IMG/VR virus record: IMGVR_UViG_3300010399_000006
Span: 8,851 to 72,850 of that record
Reading direction: 5' to 3' (one strand)
Source: a virus
Length of the DNA: 64,000 bases
Shown: positions 47,684-57,294 of the stretch, one piece after another
Layout of the letters: the number at the start of each line of letters is the position of its first letter
How positions within the stretch are numbered: position 1 is the first letter of the stretch
Made by a program: the position numbers and the translations under genes
The notes under the pieces: model-generated
Seen by the model: only the letters and a program-made list of their open reading frames with translations
Databases searched by the model: none
What the model was told of the DNA's origin: nothing

Positions 47684-48377
47684 GGAATGTCTCCTCTCTA
47701 CTCTCTAACTCAGTATCTACTGATCTCAAACTTAACTGGTGTTCGACTCGACTTAGTAGCGATACTAACACCAACCAGTCCAGTAGTCACTGCTCGCGGT
47801 ACAGTTCACCTCCCAGCACCTACCACCACTCTCCATCCACCACCACAACTGAACTTCCCTAACCCACTGATTCCTAACTACTTTACGCCATAAAGTAACC
47901 ACCACCGATACCTCGACCCACCGACCTGCACGCCGTGAACTGCTACCCGTTGATTGGTATGTACTGTTTGTGATTTTTTGTTGCGTAGCGGTAAGATGTT
48001 GCGCCCCACCACTTCTCCGCCTCGAATGGGACATGGGCTAGGGTGCCTGATGGACTTAGTTACACACCTATTCACTAACTGATAGGTGGTGGAGTGGTAG
48101 TTGTGTAAGTGCTAGATGCTGACCAGTGGTCAGTAAACTGAGCGGTGGTTAGTGAACGTGTTCAATAGTTGATAGCTACCACATCTATCTACCGCGCGGC
48201 GGTGGTGGGTCGTGGGGATATGCCGCTCTCGCGGACCTTGTGAACCTGGCGACGTGACGGATCGGCAGGCGAGCGGACCGTCTAACCGTCCAGCCCCTCC
48301 AGCCATCGAGCCGTCCGGCCCTCGATAGCGCGGCGGAGCGGTACGCGGGCAGTGCCGCCAACCCCTGCCAAATTAGT

Positions 48378-48507
48378 TGGGAGTCCATTCAATGGGAGAC
48401 CATACGATATTGCATGGGAGACCAAGTAATAACGTATGGGATACCAAGCAATCGCCCCGCCAATCACCGTGCGGCAGATGTATGGGAGCCAATTGAATGG
48501 GAGTCCA
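48378..48507 (+). repeat. Array of six TGGGA-N(1-2)-CCA motifs
   Basis: Copies start at 48378, 48393, 48415, 48437, 48483 and 48498. Confidence 0.8.
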
Positions 48508-48635
48508 TCCATCTGTGGATCAGTCCATCAGAGGTACGTTCACAGTGGTTAAGGTGGAGGGAGAGAGGTGCGGGTCGTATCTACTTCCGTCATCATTGGA
48601 ACATAGAAATAGTTCGCTGATGTGGCTAATTCATA

Positions 48636-48664
48636 TTGACTTTGGTACATACCGGATGTATATT
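48636..48664 (+). promoter_or_regulatory. Promoter of the early-type gene block
   Basis: TTGACT-17 nt-TATATT with TG; ATG 6 nt downstream, no SD. Confidence 0.75.
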
Positions 48665-48670
48665 GATTGC

Positions 48671-49219
48671 ATGCAAACCGAGCAAAAACTCCTACACGCC
48701 ACCTGCCGTCGTTGCGATTGGGAACGCCGTGAGGACGAGTACGAAACATACTGCCGACCGGATGTGCTGCATGATTACCCGACGCCGGAAGGTATTGCAG
48801 TCAGCACGCGACGGGCGGCCCTGCGAGCATGGTTCGAGTCTCATCCTAACGCAATGTACGCGTATGAGTTCTTCGACGGGCGAATCATCGAAGAGTCAGC
48901 CTACGTTGCCTCCCTCACGTCGCGCACAGCGCGGCTAGTAGCTATCGCGTCGGACGGCTTTCCGGCGCTGAGATCGCGCTATACGGTGGATCTGCCGGCG
49001 GCCGTGCGGAAGCTGCAAGAGGACATCGCAGCGGGATACGCGGCTGCCGCGCGAATCGGAGCAAAGTCAATCGTGCGGTTCCACGGGCGGCGCAGCATCG
49101 AGCAGGAGCAGGACCAGGGGGAGCAGGAGTTACCGCCGTGCGTCCTAGCAATGGGTTGCTACTGCGCCGGGCATGCACGCGGGAATCCGAGCAGCGCGGC
49201 GTGTGATACGACCGAATGA
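48671..49219 (+). CDS. Hypothetical protein (likely leaderless)
   Basis: MQTEQKLL... start fits the promoter. Confidence 0.65.
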   Translation: MQTEQKLLHATCRRCDWERREDEYETYCRPDVLHDYPTPEGIAVSTRRAALRAWFESHPNAMYAYEFFDGRIIEESAYVASLTSRTARLVAIASDGFPALRSRYTVDLPAAVRKLQEDIAAGYAAAARIGAKSIVRFHGRRSIEQEQDQGEQELPPCVLAMGCYCAGHARGNPSSAACDTTE

Positions 49220-49249
49220 AGCGGACAAAGGAAGAGGAGAGGAACGGCA

Positions 49250-49667
49250 ATGAACGCGACGAACAGAGTACCGGTTGGAATCAACTTCTGCGACCACGGA
49301 CACCATACCGACGACGAGACACGATTGCTCCCGATCGGTGGGGGTGGCAACGTCATCGTTTGCTTCACTCACTGGGAGTATGAACTGCGATTCAGGCGGG
49401 AGCGCATCGCGGCTGGCGTGCCTTTCGATCTGCCTGAGTGGAAATCGCTGGCGATCTACGGCACTGAAGCTGTGCAGCAACCGGCCCGGCGAATCGGCGC
49501 CGGAGAACTGGCAGCGTACGAGCGAGTTCCCAGTGTTCGGGTACAGCTGCACTGCCTGTGGCGGGCGGTTTCGCAGCGACGAACGGACACCCTACGCGAA
49601 CCTGAACGGTAAGCCGTTCGAAGCGTACCGCTGCGACGTTTGCCACAACGCGGCAGTGGGCGTGTAG
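49250..49667 (+). CDS. Two overlapping Cys/His-rich reading frames (49250-49612 and ~49470-49667)
   Basis: Strong SD before 49250; the second frame has CTAC...CDVC but no clear start. Confidence 0.5.
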
Positions 49668-49734
49668 CGGGCGTTGACTCTCGCGCACTCCTCACCACGA
49701 GTAGCGGGGTGGGGAGGGTGGGAGGTTCAAACCA

Positions 49735-49875
49735 ATGGATCAAATTCAGAGCACTACGGTTCAGGTTTCCTACTTGCTTGAAACCGCCGTTGCTATAGTC
49801 GCATTCAGCGTCGGCATCACCGTTTGGCTGTTGTTCGTGGCGTGGCCGTGGCCGTTCGCTGTTTCGGTGGGTTGA
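49735..49875 (+). CDS. 46-aa single-TM microprotein (not in ORF track)
   Basis: GGGAGG SD; MDQIQSTTVQVSYLLETAVAIVAFSVGITVWLLFVAWPWPFAVSVG. Confidence 0.65.
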   Translation: MDQIQSTTVQVSYLLETAVAIVAFSVGITVWLLFVAWPWPFAVSVG

Positions 49876-49950
49876 CGACAGTAAGGTGACGGTTGCGCTG
49901 CTGCACACTCGCGAACCCTGGGCGACTGTGCAGCGAGCGGAGGTGTCACC

Positions 49951-51211
49951 GTGAGCGGAACATTCAAAGTGGAGTTCAGTACCGATAACGCAGCATTCGA
50001 GTGCGACGGAGCGACGGTAACGGGTCGCAACATCGAGATCGCCCGCATTCTGCGTCAGATCGCGGAGCAGGTGGACAACGATGAGGAGTCCGGCAGCGTG
50101 CGCGACGCGAACGGCAACAAGGTCGGAACGTGGGGTGTCAAGTGAAGCGGGCAAGCATCGCCACTGCTCTGCTGTTCGTCGCCACAACCGCCGTAGCAGC
50201 CGTCACGCCCACCACTCCGCCGAAGTGGTACGTGGCCCGAGTGCGCCACGTGCAGGGCACCGAGATTCGGCCGGCGTGTGGTGAGCTGTATGGGCCATTC
50301 CGCAAGGGTGAGATCGCTGCCGAGTTCTGCTCGCACATCCCGACGCCCGCCTACAGTTGCACCGTTGAGCCTGTGCTGCCGCGTAGTGAGTGGATGAGGA
50401 AGGGGGCACGATGAAAACGATCTACAAGTACCCCTTCCGTCCGACCGATCGAATCGTTATCGACATGCCCGAGGGAGCCGAAATTCTCTGCGTCCAGATG
50501 CAGCACGGCACCCCGCAGGTGTGGGCCGTGGTCAATCCCGATGCGATGCCGAAAGCTCGCGTTCTCTGCCTGCGTGGCACTGGTCACGCGATGAAAGGTA
50601 ATGAGGGCCACTACGTTGGCACGTTCCAGATGGACGGTGGAATGCTGGTGTTCCATCTGTTCGAGGCGGTGCAGTCATGAGCGCCACCTACGCCGACTCC
50701 CTCCGCGAGTTGCAGCACGCCGCCCAGGACACCATTGACCGGATCGAGCGCAAGTACAACGGCAGGACGCGCGTCGAGATGGTCAGGCGGGAGTGTGAGA
50801 GGGAGAGTGATGTGGAGATCCGCGCGGCGTTGCGCGAAGGAGGTACCCGTGGCTTGGATTGATGCGATGCTGCCTGCCGAACAGTGGCACCGAGAGAACG
50901 TCATGCGCGAGACGTGGGGTCATCTCGCACCGAAGCGGAACAAATCCTATCGCGGGTTCATCACCTTCGCGATCGGCTGCTACGACTCCGGCGAGCTGAA
51001 TCCGACCGTCCTGGCATGCGAGCTGGACGAGTTAGAAGACTCGCCATGGCTCTACGACGAGTTGAATGATTGGTTGCAATCTACGTCCGACCAGTACCAA
51101 GTTGGATGCGTCTACAGGTTCGTCGGCAAGTTCCGAAACTACCAGTTCGTCGGCGAGACCGTGAAGGTCTTCGATAGCTCCACGGCGTTGCGCGGGGCGG
51201 TGCAATCGTGA
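49951..51211 (+). CDS. Five coupled small genes (49951-50145, 50142-50414 with signal peptide, 50411-50680, 50677-50862, 50849-51211)
   Basis: Each has an SD and a start/stop overlap. Confidence 0.7.
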
Positions 51212-51368
51212 CCACCTCCGCCCCCTGCCCCGTATGCCAGTCGCCGACTCCGATCCAAACGGACAGCGAGAACGGCGAGCGGTACTTCGCCATCCACTTC
51301 GACGAAACAAGCATCAGTCCCGATCCCGGCGTGTGCGCTGGGACGTACAAGGATTTTGAGGAGGTTCA

Positions 51369-51833
51369 ATGAACACTTTTGGTTATCGGCACGCCCGCGC
51401 AATGGGAATTCCGACTCGTCGCCGTCGCCGCGTCGTGACCCGCGCGAACAGCAAGCGAGCGCACAACCTAGCACCGCCGTCGTGGGTCGATGAGGTTGTC
51501 GCCGAAGTTCGCGATCTCATGGGGTTCTACTCCAAGCGGCTTCTTATCCTGTGGCGCAAGTCACCCACGTCAAAGCTCAGCTCCGGCCATACGAAAGTGA
51601 AAGCGGGCGAGATCGTCATCACCGCCGGTTCGTGCGAATGGGACCAAGGCGATACGCTGCTCCATGAGCTGGCGCATTGGCTCCTGCCGCGCGGCGTGAA
51701 TCACCGGCTCCGCTTTTGGCGGTTGTATTGGCAACTCATCGATCACTTCGGGTTGGATCGCGGCAAGGCCCTTCAGCGCGCGGAGGCGTACCGGAAACGT
51801 GCGGCGGTGGCATTCACGGAGACATCGCTATGA
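51369..51833 (+). CDS. Zincin-type metallopeptidase-like protein
   Basis: TLLHELAH...H...FW motif; GAGGAGG SD. Confidence 0.75.
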   Translation: MNTFGYRHARAMGIPTRRRRRVVTRANSKRAHNLAPPSWVDEVVAEVRDLMGFYSKRLLILWRKSPTSKLSSGHTKVKAGEIVITAGSCEWDQGDTLLHELAHWLLPRGVNHRLRFWRLYWQLIDHFGLDRGKALQRAEAYRKRAAVAFTETSL

Positions 51834-54800
51834 CCCTCATCCACACAGCAACCGTGAAGCTTTCCCCGCGTTGGATCGAGCACTCACCCGACACCGACCG
51901 TAACGGGATGATGCAGTGCGGGAAGGTTCCGCCGCGCACGCCCGCCGCCGTCATCCGCTCAGAGGCATGGGTCTGCCCCGCTGATCTCATTGGAGAGCGG
52001 CACACGCACTGCGCGGGTTGCGGACGCCTCGTAAGCAGTGGTGATTGGGACGCGAAGTCGATCGCGGAATTCACGCTGGGCATCGGAGGCCCATCGTGAC
52101 CACCTGCCCGAAGTGCCACGCCACATTCCGGGTCGCGGTGCCACGTTGCCCGTATTGCGGAACGAAGAGGAGAACGAAATGACGCGAGAAGAATTGGCTA
52201 CCGAAATCGAGCGATGGGAGCCGTATATGTCCAGTGCGTCGCTCGTCGTTTTGTCTCAGATTCGGCGCGGGTTGAGGCTGACCGGCACGCCCGTCGAAGT
52301 TTCCGAGTTGTTCGCCGAACTGATAGCGCCGCACATGCGCGAGCAGGCACGAATGGAACTGCGCCCGCTCGATGAGAATCTGAAACCCGCCACGACGAAG
52401 GCGGAAAGGATGGATCGCTCATGAGCTTCGTTGACGATTTCGATTTGGACAACTACGAGACAGTTGAAGAGTTGAGGGAAGCGCGTTCGGACATTCGGAG
52501 CGAGATCAGTGTCCTAAATCAGTACGTGGCTGGTATCAACGCCAAAATCATTCTGCTCGAAGTAGCCGAGAGCGACCGACTCGACGCGATCGACGCGGAA
52601 AGGATGGACGGGCGATGAGCAATCAGCCGAAAGTTGCCTACGAAGAAACGTACAAGCGTGGTGCGATGGTAATCATGAAAGACCATCTGCCGGTGTGTGG
52701 ACATCTGATGAGCGGCGCCGTGGTCCTCTCCGCTGAGTTGCTAAAGGCGGGCACGCTCGACGACGGGACCGAATTCCAGAACATCCGACTGGTCATTCAG
52801 CCGCCACCCGACACCGCCGCGAAGGGGGGCGAGTGATGCTCTGTTTGGAATGCAAGCGACTCCGTCAGAAGTGCCCTACGTGCCGACTGGTAGGCGAGCG
52901 TGACCGCCTTAAGCGAGAGAACGCGACGCTTCGGAGTGCGCTGGAGCCGTTCGTGCGGTTCATCGTGACTTTCGATGCGATGGGCTTGGCTTCGAACGAT
53001 GATGTTTTCTACGTGGCGCGCTGCGAGAAAACTCGCGCGTCGCTCCGGCTGTCGGAGTTCCGCACCGCCCGCGAAGCACTCGCATCGCTGGACAAGAAGG
53101 AAGGTGAGTGATGGCGGTACCAGAAACGAAGGCTGAGACGTTGCGGCAATGGGTCGTTAAGTGGCTCATCGAGGCAGACTACTGCAACACAAACGGAGTC
53201 ATTCACGGTGACGGCGTTGGCAGCGAGTACACCGTCCATGTGCTGCCTGTCGGTGAGTTGGAACGGTTGCGGAAGCACAACGAGCTGCTGCGTCGGGATG
53301 TAGTTTATCGTGCCGAATTGGGAGGGCGGCAGTCCGTGCTCATCGAGAAGTACGAGATCCTACTGGCCGACGTTCACGCGCTCATTTCGAACGGTACTCA
53401 ACGCGCCAGCATCATCGCAACCATCGACAGGCGGCACGATGCCATCACTGAGTACGATCGCGAGACGAAGCGTGAGACGAAGGGAACACCATCATGAGCA
53501 AGAGCGAGAAATGGGCCACGCGATACCGTACGATCAAATGCCGCAACTGTGGACGCACGAGGGCTATCGAACGTCCGAAGGTAGTATGCCATCGTTGCGT
53601 AGATCATCGTTGGCAGCGTGAGCGCGGCGGTTGTACGGCCGAACTGCACCACGGTCCTGGGCATCAATCAACCACGTACTGTGAGGTCCAATCCGGCAAG
53701 CACCGGAAAGAGGGCGGACGGATAGTCCACTCGGCCCGCTACAATAGTGGCGAGATGGTATGGCATGGGCGGCACGGATGCACTGGCTACTTCGATGAAC
53801 CGACTGATGACCCGAAAAGCGGCGAACGGTGGGAAGGGGCCAGAGGTGCGCTCTACTCGTCGAAGACGCGGGCCGATGAGAGTGAGAGATGAGGAAGAGG
53901 GACGAAGCGATGAGAGAGACGAACGAACAACCAGACATGATCCACATCGCCGTGACCAAGAGAGCGGCGGAGTTCTACGCACTACTGCTGACCCGATTGG
54001 GCGGCAATCCGAACGGACCACGAAAAGAGATCGCCACTGACGTATTGGATCAACTAGAAGTGCAGGGCGTGACGTTCTCCGGACTGCCGAAGTATCTTGA
54101 GCTACGGGAGTACTTCAATCGTGGACAAGATCCGGTGCTGCCGTATCTAGCGGAGCGGTGGCCGGAAGCCGTACGCGAGAGGAAGGGGACGAAGTGATGA
54201 CCGGTGACGGTAACAATCGACCACCATTCTGGCAGGCAGTTGACTACGGAATTGAACGGGCACCAATCTTAGGTGGATGGCTGGTCCGTACGTACTTCAC
54301 GATTTGGGATGATCGCGGAGGGCGTGAGGACAGGAACGCCGGAATTACGTTTGTTCCAGATCCAAAACATGTGTGGAGTCCGTTCTTCCCGAAAACGGGA
54401 GAGGATGACAGGTGAAGCGAATGCGACAACTCTCATATTGGATTAAAGAGCGGTGCAACCCACAACTCGGTACGTACTACGTAGCGTGCGGACAGTTGAC
54501 TGTTGCCGAGGCTAAGCGCATGGAGCGCACTATCTACGGCGACAACACCATGCTCCGGTTCGCTACCAAAGAGTTGTACGACGCTAAGCTGGATGAGTTG
54601 CGCAAGGCCGGAAAGCGGGTGCAATCGTGATGATTGCATTCTTCCGTCTGCGGTGTGAGTTCGGTTGGTATCGATACGCCATCCGTCGCCACATCTGGAG
54701 GGCAAAACCATGAAGGGTCCAACGAAGATAGAGGATCGTATCGACCAGCTATACCGGTGGATGCAGACCGTTCACGCAGACCGGTACGCACGAATGGGCC

Positions 54801-55619
54801 AAGGACTACCGGCCGTGGAACGAGAAGCCGAAAGACAAGCGGCACAGGTGTGCGGAGTACTGCGATCATTCTGTCTATCACATCGAGTGTGGGTGTGGAG
54901 TGGGTCGCAAGGCCACCAAGGAAGAGTTCAATCGAGCTAGTGAGGCATACGGTGGTTACTGAGGAGGAGATACGATGAGCGGGGTACTGAATCCAGCAAT
55001 GCATGCGCAACGACCAACCAAACAGGCCGCCAGCACAACCGTGTCACTACCACCGATCGAGATGGTAGAGGTATCAGTCTCTTTCAGGTGTAGCACCCGG
55101 CGATGCTTCAAAGCCAAGATCCGGCTGCGTACCAAAGACATTTTCGAACACTCGACGGTGATCTGCTCCAATTGCGGTTGTACGTACCACGTCAGAGCGG
55201 TGGTTACGTCGAGCAGAGAAGTCAGACCGGCGCGGTGGTGGAGAGAAGCTGCAAAGGAAGGGAAGAAGTAGATGAATTTCATCGATAGAGACGACATCGT
55301 AGTGAGGGGAGTAGATCCGGAGCGGTTGCAAAGTATCGCGAAGTGGCTGGCACCGATCTTCGCTGCCAACAACTGGGAGTACGGTATGCCCGGTCACGGT
55401 ACGGTACCCACGGAGGGCGAACTAGTCTCCACCATGTTGGAGCTTGCTCAATATCTAACACCCGAGAATCGTTGGTGCGGAACTGGCCGAATCCGCGCGT
55501 GTCTCGATCTTCTATCGAGCGATTTTGCGATGGTGGAATTCTACCTAGAGCTGGGAACTCCAAGTCCATTAAATAACGGAAGTAAGTCACCAACTCTATA
55601 CGATAATGACTACCACTAA
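51830..55619 (+). CDS. Run of small coupled hypothetical genes (51830-52099, 52179-52424, 52421-52618, 52615-52836, 52833-53111, 53108-53497, 53494-53892, 53889-54197, 54194-54415, 54412-54630, 54710-54940, 54975-55271, 55272-55619)
   Basis: Contiguous + strand ORFs with SD and ATGA/GTGA overlaps; several CxxC motifs. Confidence 0.65.
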
Positions 55620-56020
55620 TCAGTCACGTTTCCGCCCGTTATCCACCACGTTTAATGACACCTGAAAGTGCCATTAAAAAACCGAATTCCATCCCCAATT
55701 CCCCACTCCATTGGTGTTTCCGTTACTGGTTGAAAAGTCTACGTAGAATTTCGTACGTATACGTCTTTAAACCTATGACTAGCACCATTCGTACCCGTGT
55801 AGTAGTATCTTTGGAAGAACTTTTCTGTCTATAAAAAGTGAATGGCCGGAAAAACTGCCGAGGATTAGATGATCTCTTTTTGCCGTCCCCAATTAGAAGC
55901 TGAGTGCTGGTGCGGGTTGCGGTGATATTTGGATAGATCCAAGCCAGAAAAAATACCTGTATATAGGGGTTACTTATAAGGGTAGTTGAGAGTACTCAGA
56001 TGAGTAGCCAAAAGGAGGTC
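55620..56020. other. AT-richer non-coding segment (origin or regulatory candidate)
   Basis: No ORF; A/T runs; short palindromes TCTACGTAGA and CGTACG. Confidence 0.4.
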
Positions 56021-56024
56021 GAAA

Positions 56025-56552
56025 TTGGTTCTGAGACGTGCACGAGAACGAGCAACAGAGGTTGATGAAAATGGGGTCGAAAACGGCCCCGAAATCGATC
56101 CGGTGATTGGTGACCAATCTGGTGGTGGATGGGAAGTCGATGATGAACGCCGGACCATCCGCCGCACGCGCCGCACTGATGTCGTCCGCGTTCGGAAGCT
56201 CAGCTCCGGTCCCACCCCATGCGTGGGGATAACCATTCCCGCCAAACTACTCCCCGAGTGCGGATTGGATATCGGCGATCGGGTGTACGTGCTGCTGGAG
56301 GAGGAAGGGCGGTTGATCGTCGAACGGGTCAGCACAAAACTTTTAGCTAGACAGCGTGATCGAGCGCAACTGGTTCCCCTCCACCCCCAGGAGCGGAAGC
56401 AGATTCGCGAAGCTCTGATGGAACTGGTATATACTCTGGAGTCGGAGTCGGTGCAGATGGACGGAATAGGGAACAGGAAAGCGGCGAGATTGAGGGTAGG
56501 TAGGGCGGGTAGGCTACGGTGGTTGGCTAGGAAGATTGGAGGGCAACGGTAA
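56025..56552 (+). CDS. AbrB/MazE/SpoVT-type DNA-binding protein
   Basis: VRKL...VGITIPAKLLPECGLDIGDRVYVLLEEEGRLIVERV; start codon uncertain. Confidence 0.75.
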   Translation: MVLRRARERATEVDENGVENGPEIDPVIGDQSGGGWEVDDERRTIRRTRRTDVVRVRKLSSGPTPCVGITIPAKLLPECGLDIGDRVYVLLEEEGRLIVERVSTKLLARQRDRAQLVPLHPQERKQIREALMELVYTLESESVQMDGIGNRKAARLRVGRAGRLRWLARKIGGQR

Positions 56553-57262
56553 TGGGATGCGACATTCATGCAGCAATCGAGTTTCGAGCCGGTGAGGACA
56601 GCGGGTGGGAGCCGGTGAAGGTGCCTAATCCTTACTTCGGTAAGTACGGAGACGAGAAAGAGTTCCGCTACGCGCTGGACATCGATCGTGATTACGATCT
56701 GTTCGCCATCCTCGGCAACGTCCGCAACGGCTACGGGTTCGCTGGTATTGACACTGGCGACGGGTTCGTGCCGATGTCAGACCGGCGTGGTTACCCCACG
56801 GATATGTCCCCTGAAGTTGGAGACGAGGAGCACGGCGCGATGTCTCACGAACACTCGGCGACGTGGGTCACTCTCGCTGAGATCCTTGCGTACGACTGGA
56901 CACGTACCACTACCAAGCGTGGTGTGGTCGGTGCGGTGCAGTTCGAGGAGTGGGACCGGATGAAGGAGTGGAGAGCTGGACCGACTAGCTACTCCGGTGA
57001 TGTGTTTGGTCACAACATCAAGCACGTTACCCAGGACGAGATGCGAGAGCTGGTTCGAGCAACCGTCTCCAACAAACGCGGTGCGGAGTGGACTGAGGCG
57101 GTGGCCGCACTACCTACGAACGTCTTCTGTCGGATTGCGTGGAAAGAGGGCTACGCCGAGGCTGGTGCGCAACTGTGGTCGAAGGTTCTGCCGCTGATGC
57201 TCAAACTCGGTAACCAGCACGGGTATGCCAATGTGCGGCTCGTGATGGATTTCGACTCGTAG
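56552..57262 (+). CDS. Hypothetical phage protein (MGCDIH...FDS type)
   Basis: MGCDIH, RDYDLFAILGNVRN, RGYP.D, HSATWVTL.E, VRLVMDFDS. Confidence 0.8.
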   Translation: MGCDIHAAIEFRAGEDSGWEPVKVPNPYFGKYGDEKEFRYALDIDRDYDLFAILGNVRNGYGFAGIDTGDGFVPMSDRRGYPTDMSPEVGDEEHGAMSHEHSATWVTLAEILAYDWTRTTTKRGVVGAVQFEEWDRMKEWRAGPTSYSGDVFGHNIKHVTQDEMRELVRATVSNKRGAEWTEAVAALPTNVFCRIAWKEGYAEAGAQLWSKVLPLMLKLGNQHGYANVRLVMDFDS

Positions 57263-57294
57263 GTTCAATTCGTAGGGATTGGAGGGCAACGATA

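Noticed and set aside
48378-48507. CRISPR mini-array
   Set aside because: Repeats are about 10 bp and degenerate, most spacers are 5-12 bp, and there are no cas genes.
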